From Chthoniobacteraceae bacterium (GTDB lineage: Bacteria; Verrucomicrobiota; Verrucomicrobiia; Chthoniobacterales; Chthoniobacteraceae), in NCBI GenBank assembly GCA_031409335.1, contig JANNWY010000144.1, forward strand, positions 1 through 45,950: a DNA stretch of 45,950 nt. The letters are read 5' to 3'. This document shows, in pieces, positions 18,971 through 27,508 of the stretch. The notes beneath the pieces were generated by a model. It made no database searches and was not told the DNA's origin. It worked only from the letters and a program-made list of their open reading frames with translations. Positions within the stretch are counted from its first letter, which is position 1. Every line of letters starts with the position of its first letter. Made by a program: the position numbers and the translations under genes.

Positions 18971-19215
18971 GAACCGGCGGCGCGCCGCTGAGCCAGCCGC
19001 TCCATCAGTTCTTCGGGGGAAACATCCTCACACTCACCGGCATCGAGCTGGGCGAAGCCATCCGCGGCCTGCGCGCGCACCCACTCATACGCGGCATCGC
19101 GGGCGAATTCGCGACGCAATGCCTCATAAACCAGTTCACTCTCGCTCGCGCAAAGGCCGGCGTTCACTTTGTCACGAACGATGCGGTCGAGTGCAGGCGG
19201 CAGTGTGATGTTCAT
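18961..19215 (-). CDS. parD: ParD-like (CC2985-type RHH) antitoxin
   Basis: MNITLPPALDRIVRDKVNAGLCASESELVYEALR...GFAQLDAGE. Overlaps the parE start. Confidence 0.85.
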   Translation of the reverse strand: MNITLPPALDRIVRDKVNAGLCASESELVYEALRREFARDAAYEWVRAQAADGFAQLDAGECEDVSPEELMERLAQRRAAGSCA

Positions 19216-19306
19216 AAGTTGGCTAAGTGATCAGCGGATGTTAATCGAAGTGCTACGCACGCGGCTAAGTGTCAAACCTCAGCTCCCGGGCGATTCTTGA
19301 GGGATC

Positions 19307-20650
19307 TCAAAACAACTCCGGCTGCGGGGAGCGATAGACGCTTTGGCCGCGGACGTAAGTCTCCACCACGGCCTCCGGGCCGCAGCGGTAGATGCAGAGG
19401 CTGAGGATGTCTTCGGCGGTGAGGTCGGAAGTACCCTTCGCGCTTTTGCGGTAGGGGAGCAGCGTGCCGTAGTCGATGACGGTGAGGTCGGCTTCCTTGC
19501 CGATGTCGAAGGTGCCGAGGATTTCGCCTTTTCCGAGCGCGTCGGCGGCACCCTGCGTGGCGAGGTAGAGCGCGTCGGCGGGCGAGGGGACTTGCACGTT
19601 GGGCTCGTAGAAGGAGCGGGCTTTTTGGGATTCGATCGCGCACCGCATCACGCGCCAGAGATTCAGTTCGGGGCCGGCGGCGACGTCGCTGCCGAGGCCG
19701 ATGCGGAGGCCGGAGCTGCGCATGGTATCGAGCGGGAGGATGCCGCTGCGGAGGAAGAGATTGGCGGTGGGGCAATGCGCGATATTTGCCCCGCGCGCGG
19801 CGAGAGTTTCGCGTTCGCGCTGGCTGAGGTGGATGCAGTGGCCGAGCACGGTGCGCGGGGTGAGCAGGCCGCACTGGTCGTACACATCGGTGTAATCCTG
19901 CGCCCAGGCGAACTGATGCTTCACCTTCTCGATCTCGCCGCTGTTTTCGGCGAGGTGCGTCTGGATGTATGCGCCGGTCGTGGCCGCGAGTTCGGCGGCG
20001 GCGCGCATGAGTTTTTCGCTGCAACTCACGGCGAAACGCGGGCTGACGGCGTACTCGATGAGGCCCGCCGCCGCACCGTGCCATTTGCGGCAGAGGCGCT
20101 CGGATTCGTGCAGGGAAACGGAGCGGATTTTGCTCGGCTGGAGCGCGCCGTAACTGCCCACGTCCATCATCATTTTTCCCATGATGATGCGCAGCCCGCT
20201 TTTCGCGGCGGCCTCGAACGCGGCATCGCACGAGTCTTCGTAAATCGCGGTGTAGAGCATCGCGGTGGTCGTGCCCTGCTTCGCGAGTTCGGCGAAAAAG
20301 GCGGCGGCTTCGCGGCGTCCGCGCGGGCCGGTGAATTCGCGCTCCAGCGGGAAAATATGCTGGCGCAGCCACGGCAGCAGATCGCTCGTGCCGCGCGCGA
20401 CGGCGGGGTACTGCGGGACGTGCGCGTGGAGGTCGATGAGGCCGGGGAAAATGGCGACGCGATTCGAGTGGTGCCAGCGCACGGGCTGGTCGCGCGGCTT
20501 TTTGGAAAGGGTGTCGTAGTCGCCGACCTCGGCGATTTCGCCGTTGTCGATGACGAGAGCGCCGTCGCTCCAGGTCCGCACTTTTCCGCCGTAGTCCGGC
20601 GCGTCGATGAGCCAGCCGCGGATGCCGGTGAGCGTGCCCCCGGCGGCCAT
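19307..20650 (-). CDS. guaD: Guanine deaminase (amidohydrolase)
   Basis: PGLIDLHAHVPQY, LLPWL..IFPLE, GTTTA, VSPRFAVSCS, QTHLAEN, GHCIHL, AHCPTAN and GSDVAAG. Confidence 0.88.
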   Translation of the reverse strand: MAAGGTLTGIRGWLIDAPDYGGKVRTWSDGALVIDNGEIAEVGDYDTLSKKPRDQPVRWHHSNRVAIFPGLIDLHAHVPQYPAVARGTSDLLPWLRQHIFPLEREFTGPRGRREAAAFFAELAKQGTTTAMLYTAIYEDSCDAAFEAAAKSGLRIIMGKMMMDVGSYGALQPSKIRSVSLHESERLCRKWHGAAAGLIEYAVSPRFAVSCSEKLMRAAAELAATTGAYIQTHLAENSGEIEKVKHQFAWAQDYTDVYDQCGLLTPRTVLGHCIHLSQRERETLAARGANIAHCPTANLFLRSGILPLDTMRSSGLRIGLGSDVAAGPELNLWRVMRCAIESQKARSFYEPNVQVPSPADALYLATQGAADALGKGEILGTFDIGKEADLTVIDYGTLLPYRKSAKGTSDLTAEDILSLCIYRCGPEAVVETYVRGQSVYRSPQPELF

Positions 20651-21594
20651 CAGGCTTGCGGAAGGGCGTCGAGCGCGAGTGCGGCGTTGCCGATGATGCC
20701 CGCTTCATTGCCCAGCGTGGCGGGCAGGATGCGGAGGTGCGCGTTGAAAACGGGGATGGTGCGCGCTGTGATCTCGCGGCGGATGGGATCGAACAGGAGA
20801 TCGCCCGCATTCGCGACGCCGCCGCCGATCACGATCGTGTCCGGATTCACAATCCACACGACGCTCGCGAGCGCCGCGCCGATCTCGGTGCCGAGCGCAT
20901 TCCACAATCCGCGCGCGATTTCATCGCCCGCGTGCGCGGCCTTTGCGAGCGCGAGCGGCGTGCAATCCCCGGTCGTTTTGGTGATGCCGGAAGCCGCGTA
21001 GAGTTTCACCGCGCGCTCGGCGATTTGGACGTTGCCGACGTATTCTTCGAGCCCGCCGAAATTCCCGTATGGCCCGCGGATGCCACGGTAGTCGATGCTC
21101 ATGTGGCCGATCTCGCCCGCGGCGAGCGTCGCTCCGCGGTAGAGCTTTCCATCGAGGATGAGCGCGCCGCCGACGCCGGTGCCGAGGGTGATGCAGACGG
21201 CGTGTTGCGCGCCGACCGCCGCGCCGTATTTCCATTCGCCGTAAGCCATCGCGTTGGCGTCGTTTTCGATGATCGCGGGAAGTCCCGTGCGCTCCGTCAG
21301 CATTGATCGCAGTGGCACCTCGGACCAGCCCGCGACGTTCGTCAGCGAATGCACGATGCCATTCACGCTATCCACGAAACCGGGCAGTCCGACGCCGATC
21401 GCGGCGACGGACGGATGCACCGTGCGCAGCGTGGCGACGACGTGAATGATCGCATCGACGAGCGAAGCGGCGGAGTGGTGCTGCTGGGTGTCGATGGGCG
21501 GGCCGTGGAGCAGGATGTGGGCGCCATCGACGACGGCGGATTTGATGCTGGTGCCGCCGAAGTCGATGCCGATAGCCGTTCGTGGGGTGTTCAT
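20650..21594 (-). CDS. ROK family sugar kinase (glucokinase-like)
   Basis: GIDFGGTSIK, IENDANAMAYGE, TLGTGVGG and AGEIGHM. The stop overlaps the guaD start. Confidence 0.9.
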   Translation of the reverse strand: MNTPRTAIGIDFGGTSIKSAVVDGAHILLHGPPIDTQQHHSAASLVDAIIHVVATLRTVHPSVAAIGVGLPGFVDSVNGIVHSLTNVAGWSEVPLRSMLTERTGLPAIIENDANAMAYGEWKYGAAVGAQHAVCITLGTGVGGALILDGKLYRGATLAAGEIGHMSIDYRGIRGPYGNFGGLEEYVGNVQIAERAVKLYAASGITKTTGDCTPLALAKAAHAGDEIARGLWNALGTEIGAALASVVWIVNPDTIVIGGGVANAGDLLFDPIRREITARTIPVFNAHLRILPATLGNEAGIIGNAALALDALPQA

Positions 21595-21698
21595 ATCGCG
21601 CGAAAATCGGGAGAGTGCGGAGCGTTTCCGGGCAAGTCAATCCGTGAGCGGAAATCGCTGGCCTCGCGGTCACGGAAAGCGGTAGTTCCTATTTCTGA

Positions 21699-23090
21699 AT
21701 GAACGTCCAGCCCGCCATCATTCCCCCGCTCGATCCCGGATTTGTGCCCGCCATCCTTTGGAATCGCGCGTATCGCGCCAAGTGCGGCGCGGAGCCCGGC
21801 GCGCACCCGCTCGCGATCGCGGTGGAGCGCACGGATGGCACCGTGTCGCGCTTCGACACGATCGTGCTGCCGCATGTCGGCGCGCACATTCCGCTCAATC
21901 GGAAATACGTGGAGCGGCTCGTGAAATTCCTGCTGTGGGCGCGCGGCGGGTATCGCGTGATCATCGGCGGTGACGACGCGATCGCGGTGATGCTGCGCGG
22001 GATTTATTCGGCGGGCGGCGAGCGGAAATTTGACTACGAATTCATGGGGCCGCGCGTGTATGGGCGGACGATGGAAGTCGAGTCATGCGCGCTCGCGGAC
22101 GCGCCTGCGGTGCGTGAAATTTCCATCCCGCTCGGGCGACATCTCGATGGCTGCCGCATCGGTTTCGATCTCGGCGGGAGCGATCGGAAATGCGCCGCGG
22201 TCATCGATGGAAACGTCGTCTTTTCCGAGGAGGTGACGTGGGATCCGTATTTTGAAAGCGATCCGCAATATCACTACGACGGCATCCAGGACACGCTGCG
22301 CCGCGCCGCCGCGCATTTGCCGCGCGTGGATGCGATCGGCGGCAGTTCGGCGGGCGTGTATGTGAACAACGAAGTGCGCGTCGCTTCGCTCTTCCGCGGC
22401 GTTTCGCCGGAGGATTTCGAGAAGCGCATCCGCCGCATCTTTTTCGATCTGCAAACGGAGTGGAACGGCATCCCGTTTGAGGTCGTGAACGATGGTGAAG
22501 TGACGGCGCTCGCGGGCTCGATGAGCCTTGGCGAAAACGCGGTGCTCGGCATCTCGATGGGCACGAGCGTCGCGGGCGGCTACGTCACCGCCGATGGCTC
22601 GATCACGCCGTGGCTGAACGAACTTGCCTTTGCCCCGATCGACTATCGCGACGACGCGCCGGCTGATGAGTGGAGCGGCGACATCGGCTGCGCGGTGCAA
22701 TACTTTTGCCAGCAAGGCGTCGCCCGCCTCGCCCCGCTCGCGGGTCTCACGTTGCCAAAGGAAATGAAGTTCGCCGAGCAGCTCGTGGAAGTGCAAAAAC
22801 TGATGGCCGCTGGCGACGAACGCGCTCGCCGGATTTACGAAACGATCGGCATCTGCTTCGGCTACTCGATCGCGCACTACGCCGAGTTTTACGACATCCG
22901 CGTGCTGCTCATCCTGGGCCGCGTGACGAGTGGTGAGGGCGGCGAGATCATCATCCAAAAAGCGCGCGAAGTCCTGGATGCCGAATTCCCCGAACTAGCC
23001 ACGCGCATTTCCCTCCGCACGCCGGACGAAAAAGACAAGCGCCACGGCCAAGCCGTCGCCGCCGCGAGCCTGCCCGCGCTCGCTCGCTGA
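21699..23090 (+). CDS. ROK family protein (long form, putative amino-sugar kinase)
   Basis: IGFDLGGSDRK, VNDGEVTALAG, MGTSVAGGYV, LNELAFAP and HGQAVAAASLP. Confidence 0.85.
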   Translation: MNVQPAIIPPLDPGFVPAILWNRAYRAKCGAEPGAHPLAIAVERTDGTVSRFDTIVLPHVGAHIPLNRKYVERLVKFLLWARGGYRVIIGGDDAIAVMLRGIYSAGGERKFDYEFMGPRVYGRTMEVESCALADAPAVREISIPLGRHLDGCRIGFDLGGSDRKCAAVIDGNVVFSEEVTWDPYFESDPQYHYDGIQDTLRRAAAHLPRVDAIGGSSAGVYVNNEVRVASLFRGVSPEDFEKRIRRIFFDLQTEWNGIPFEVVNDGEVTALAGSMSLGENAVLGISMGTSVAGGYVTADGSITPWLNELAFAPIDYRDDAPADEWSGDIGCAVQYFCQQGVARLAPLAGLTLPKEMKFAEQLVEVQKLMAAGDERARRIYETIGICFGYSIAHYAEFYDIRVLLILGRVTSGEGGEIIIQKAREVLDAEFPELATRISLRTPDEKDKRHGQAVAAASLPALAR

Positions 23091-23208
23091 GGCGTGAGCC
23101 GCCAAAAGGGCGGTGCTTCAAAAGACTTTCCGCAAAGCCGTGTGTTCGTCGGTGTGGCGGGTTACAAACGTTTCGTTGCCGCGAATTTCCCCGCGGCACC
23201 ACCGCCCC

Positions 23209-26200
23209 ATGAAAACATCCCTCCGCCTCCTCGCGTTCACTCTCGCTCTTGCGCTGCCAATAAAAGCGCAGCAGCCCGTCCCGCTCCGGCTCACCATCCC
23301 CGCGTCGCCGCCGCCGGGCGTGCAGCGGGAGGCTTTCCTCGGATCGAGCGTGGCGGTGGCGGGCGGCTACGCGGTGGCGGGCGCGCCGGATGACGATGCG
23401 GGCGCGCAGGATTCGGGCGTGGTGAAAGTGTTCGACTCGCGGACGGGCGCGCTGCTTTTCGTCCTGCGAAATCCCAACCCGGCATACAGTGCCAAGTTCG
23501 GCGCGGCGGTGGCTCTCTCGGGCGCGCTGCTGGTGGTGGGGACTTACAATGACAGCACGGGAGCGGTCGCGGCGGGGAGCGCGTTTGTGTACGATCTCGG
23601 GAGCGCCACGCCGACGCGGCCTGTTTTCACGCTGAACCATCCGAGCCCGTCGGCGTATGGCCGCTTCGGCTACGCAGTGGCGATCTCCGGTGCGCGCGTG
23701 GCGGTGGGTGCGTACGGGGACGATGCGGGCGCGACCGACAGCGGGAGCGCGTACGTGTATGACCTCGGCAGCGCCGCGCCCACCGTCCCGGTGCTTATTT
23801 TGCACAATCCCGAACCCGCGGCGGGCGATTATTTTGGCAGCGGGATTTCCATCTCCGGTTCGCGCCTCGTGGTGGCGGCGACCGGGGATGACACGGGCGC
23901 GAGCAGCGCCGGCAGCGTTTATGCGTACGATCTCGGCAGCGCCGTGCCTGCGGTGCCCATCGCGAAGCTGCCCAATCCGCATCCGGTCGCGAACGATTCC
24001 TTCGGCAACGCCGTGAAAATTTCCGGCACGCGCGTGGTCGTGGGGAATATCTGGGACGACACGGGTGCGACGAATGCGGGGAGCGCGTATGTCTTCGATC
24101 TCGCGGCCAGCACGCCCGCGGTTCCCGTGCTCGTTTTGCCCAATCCGAATCCCTCGGAGAGCGACTACTTCGGCGGCGCGGTCGCGATCTCCGGCGCGCG
24201 CGTCGTCGTCGGCGCTTACTTGAATGACGCGGGCGCGCTCAACGACGGGAGCGCATATGTGTACGACCTCGATAGCGCCGCGCCCGCAGTGCCCGTCGTC
24301 ATCCTGAACAACCCCGGGCCGGGGCGAGGCGACCTCTTCGGCTTGTCCGTGGCCATCTCCGGCGCGCGCGTCGCGGTGGGTGTGCCGTACGATGACGCGG
24401 GCGCGACCGACGCGGGCGGCGCGTATGTTTATGAAATGGACAGCGCCACGCCAACGGTGCCGGTGGCCACGCTGCCAAATCCCGATTCGGAGTCCGGTGA
24501 TTTCTTCGGCATCTCGGTCGCCATCTCCGGCTCGCTGATGGTGGTGGGTTCGCCCTACGACGATGCGGGCGGGGGCAGATCGGGGAGCGCACATGTCTTC
24601 GATCTGAACAGCAGCACGCCCGCAGTGCCCATCTTCACCCTGCGCAAACCGGGACCGGCGGCCGGCGACTACTTTGGCGTCGCGGTCGCGATCTCCGGCA
24701 CGCGTGTCGTGGTGGGTGCGCTCGGGGACGACACGGGCGCGACCGACGCGGGCGGCGCGTATATTTATGAACTCAGCAGCGCCACACCCGCGGTGCCCGC
24801 ATTCACTTTGCACAAGCCCGGCCCGGCGGTGAACGACGACCGCTTCGGGACTGCGGTGGCCGTGGACGGCACGCGCGTCGTGGTGGGTGTGCCCTTTGAC
24901 AAAACGGGGGCGGAGAAAGCGGGGAGCGCGTATGTCTATGATCTCGCGAGCAGCACGCCGACCGTGCCGGTGGTCACGCTGAACAATCCCGGCCCGCAGA
25001 GTTATGAATACTTTGGGACCGCCGTAACCATCGCCGGCACGCGCGTGGTGGTGAGTGCTCCCTATGACAACACGGGAGCGGGACAGACGGGGAGTGTGTA
25101 TGTGTATGACATCGGGAGCGCCGCGCCCGCCGTGCCGGTCTTCGCGTTGAACAATCCCGGACCGGGATTCAATGACTCGTTTGGCAATGCGGTGGCGATG
25201 TCCGGCGCGCGCGTGGCGGTGGGGGCCGCCTATGACGGTGCGGTCGCGATCGAAGGCGGGAGCGTTTACATCTATGACCTCGGCAGTGGCACCCCGCTCG
25301 TCCCGGTCGTGAGGCTGAACAAACCAAGCCCCGCGGATTTCGAGAACTTTGGCCGGTCGGTGTCCATCTCCGGCACGCGGATCGTGGTGGGCGCTCCCTA
25401 CGACGATCCGGGAGAAGCCGCTGCGGGAAGCGCGTACGTTTTCGATCTCAGGAGCAGCACGCCTGCGGTGCCGGTTGCCACACTGCGCAAACCCGGCCCG
25501 GCGTTGAATGACAACTTCGGCACCTCCGTGGTCATCGTCGGAAACACCGTTGCCATCGGCACGCCCAAGGGCGACTCACCGCAAGCGGTCACCGGCTACG
25601 TCTATCTTTTCGACACCTTGCCGGGGATCGCGATTCTCACCGGTCCAAATGCGCGGACCGATTCCACCAGCGCGATCTTCACCTTCGCAGGCATCGACGG
25701 GGCGACCCCGCCGGGCGCGTTCACTTTTGAAATCAGTCTCGACGGCGCGCCGTTCACACCGGCCATCAGCCCGCTCGTTTTCTCCGATCTCGCCGCTGGC
25801 CCGCACACGCTCGCCGTCCGCGCGATCGATGCCGCTGGAAATGTGAGCGCGACTCCCACCGTGTTCGCGTGGACCATTATAGTTTCCCGCCCGATCCACG
25901 ACGCGCGCTACACCGAAGGCCGCGCGGTGCCCGGCGCGGGCGGCGGCGGCATCCCCGCGGATGCTGTGTGGACGGGCTTTGGCGAGCCGGCGATCAATGA
26001 CGCGGGCGCGATCGCCTTTCTCGGAAAATGGAAAAGCGCGTCCGGCGCGGGCGCGGGTATTTTTGTGAATGACACGCTGATCGCGCGGAAGGGCGGCGCG
26101 GAAAGATTCGAGAGTTTCAAAGACCCGGTGCTCGATGCCGCCGGGCATGTGGCCTTCCTCGCGAGGATCGACGGCGCGAAACGGGACGAGGATTCCGTGC

Positions 26201-27276
26201 TCGCGACGAATGCTTTTGGCGCGCTGGAAATCGTGGCGCGCGAAGGCGCGGCGACCGCCGAGCCGGGAGCGCCGATGCTCGATCGGATCGAGAGCATCTC
26301 GCTCGTGGATGGCGAAATCCTTTTCACCGCCAGGCTGGAAGGCGGCACGCCAAAAGTGACGGACGCGAACAACGCCGCCGCATTCCGCATCTGGAATGGC
26401 GGAAGCACGCAGCATGTCGTCCGCGAAGGCGACGCGCTCGGCGCGACCACGGTGCGCAGTTTCAAACTGCTCACCGCCGTCCCCGGCTCACCCGGCCAGA
26501 AACGCGCGCACGCGGCGGGCGTGGCGACCTTCCTCGCGCTGCTCGCGGATGGCACGCAAGCCGTGGTCGAGAACGCGCGCGGGTCGCTCTACATTCGCGA
26601 GTCCGAGTTCCAGCACTACGGCGCGATCGCCACCGCCGCATCGAATCTCGCCTTCGTCGCGACGCGGGATGGCGGCGTGAAAAGCATCTTTTTAGGCGAC
26701 GCGGAATACATCGATCCAGTCGCGCAGATCGGACAAGCGACCGGCGTGGGCGCGACGAAATTCGCCGGGTTCCAAGACCCCGTGCTCGCGCCCGGCACGA
26801 ACCAGGTGGCCTTCCCCGCGACCCTCCGCGGCACAACCCGCGCGCAAGACGAAACGCTCTGGTGGCAGCCCCGCACGGGTCCGCTCACGCTCCTCGCCCG
26901 CGAAGGCGCGCAACCGCCCGAAGTGCCCGCCGGAGCAAAGTGGGATGATTTCAAAAGCCTCGCTTTCCCCGGCGGTTCTGGCGAAGCGGATTCTCTGCGC
27001 GGCCCGATCTTCCTCGCGACCATGCAGCGCGGCGCGGGCGGCATGCATCAAAGGAACGACGAGGGCGTGTGGGCCGTCGATTCCGAAGGCGCGCTGCGCC
27101 TGCTCTTCCGCGAAGGCGGCACGGTCGCGGGCGGCATCGCGAAAACGATTGCGGTGCTCCATGCCGTCCCCGGTTCGCCAGGCGTGACGCGCGCCTTTAA
27201 CAACGAAGCCCAAGTCGCGTGGCGCGCGACTTTCACCGATGGCACCAGCGCCATCGTGGTAACTCAGGTGCCCTAG
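23209..27276 (+). CDS. Secreted FG-GAP (integrin-alpha-like) repeat protein with Ig-like linker and C-terminal NxxGxxAF-type repeat domain
   Basis: Signal peptide at MKTSLR, then 14 repeats of FG.AVAISG.RVVVGA..DD.GA...GSAYVYDL. Ig-like motif HTLAVRAIDAAGN and C-terminal INDAGAIAF...FNNEAQVAW. Confidence 0.88.
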   Translation: MKTSLRLLAFTLALALPIKAQQPVPLRLTIPASPPPGVQREAFLGSSVAVAGGYAVAGAPDDDAGAQDSGVVKVFDSRTGALLFVLRNPNPAYSAKFGAAVALSGALLVVGTYNDSTGAVAAGSAFVYDLGSATPTRPVFTLNHPSPSAYGRFGYAVAISGARVAVGAYGDDAGATDSGSAYVYDLGSAAPTVPVLILHNPEPAAGDYFGSGISISGSRLVVAATGDDTGASSAGSVYAYDLGSAVPAVPIAKLPNPHPVANDSFGNAVKISGTRVVVGNIWDDTGATNAGSAYVFDLAASTPAVPVLVLPNPNPSESDYFGGAVAISGARVVVGAYLNDAGALNDGSAYVYDLDSAAPAVPVVILNNPGPGRGDLFGLSVAISGARVAVGVPYDDAGATDAGGAYVYEMDSATPTVPVATLPNPDSESGDFFGISVAISGSLMVVGSPYDDAGGGRSGSAHVFDLNSSTPAVPIFTLRKPGPAAGDYFGVAVAISGTRVVVGALGDDTGATDAGGAYIYELSSATPAVPAFTLHKPGPAVNDDRFGTAVAVDGTRVVVGVPFDKTGAEKAGSAYVYDLASSTPTVPVVTLNNPGPQSYEYFGTAVTIAGTRVVVSAPYDNTGAGQTGSVYVYDIGSAAPAVPVFALNNPGPGFNDSFGNAVAMSGARVAVGAAYDGAVAIEGGSVYIYDLGSGTPLVPVVRLNKPSPADFENFGRSVSISGTRIVVGAPYDDPGEAAAGSAYVFDLRSSTPAVPVATLRKPGPALNDNFGTSVVIVGNTVAIGTPKGDSPQAVTGYVYLFDTLPGIAILTGPNARTDSTSAIFTFAGIDGATPPGAFTFEISLDGAPFTPAISPLVFSDLAAGPHTLAVRAIDAAGNVSATPTVFAWTIIVSRPIHDARYTEGRAVPGAGGGGIPADAVWTGFGEPAINDAGAIAFLGKWKSASGAGAGIFVNDTLIARKGGAERFESFKDPVLDAAGHVAFLARIDGAKRDEDSVLATNAFGALEIVAREGAATAEPGAPMLDRIESISLVDGEILFTARLEGGTPKVTDANNAAAFRIWNGGSTQHVVREGDALGATTVRSFKLLTAVPGSPGQKRAHAAGVATFLALLADGTQAVVENARGSLYIRESEFQHYGAIATAASNLAFVATRDGGVKSIFLGDAEYIDPVAQIGQATGVGATKFAGFQDPVLAPGTNQVAFPATLRGTTRAQDETLWWQPRTGPLTLLAREGAQPPEVPAGAKWDDFKSLAFPGGSGEADSLRGPIFLATMQRGAGGMHQRNDEGVWAVDSEGALRLLFREGGTVAGGIAKTIAVLHAVPGSPGVTRAFNNEAQVAWRATFTDGTSAIVVTQVP

Positions 27277-27402
27277 CCGCCGGGCTGGCGCGACGCCGAA
27301 TCGGACGGCGTCGGTTGGCGGGCTGATGCCGATCGGGCTGGGAAATCTCGCTCGCCAGGGGCGCGCGGCGCGGCGGTCGATGCGCGATCGGATTGGGGCG
27401 TA

Positions 27403-27449
27403 AATTTTACTAACCATAAAATTGACAACGAATGAATTTTTGGTAAAAC
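27403..27449 (+). promoter_or_regulatory. Candidate sigma-70 promoter with adjacent inverted repeat for the mbnPH/oxidase operon
   Basis: AT-rich island with TTGACA (27422-27427), 16 bp, then TAAAAC preceded by TGn. Palindrome AATTTTA-N7-TAAAATT at 27403-27423. Confidence 0.5.
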
Positions 27450-27508
27450 GACACGCGCCCGGCATCCCCAGACCCATTTTTTCACACCGCCGCGGCCATT
27501 TTTCCTCA

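Noticed and set aside
23330..25620. CRISPR-like regularly spaced DNA repeats
   Set aside because: The repeats are degenerate, in-frame FG-GAP coding repeats; there are no identical repeats with unique spacers and no cas genes.
27291..27313. Hairpin cgacgccg-N7-cggcgtcg after the FG-GAP gene as a terminator
   Set aside because: No following U-tract, and short GC hairpins are common by chance in this genome.
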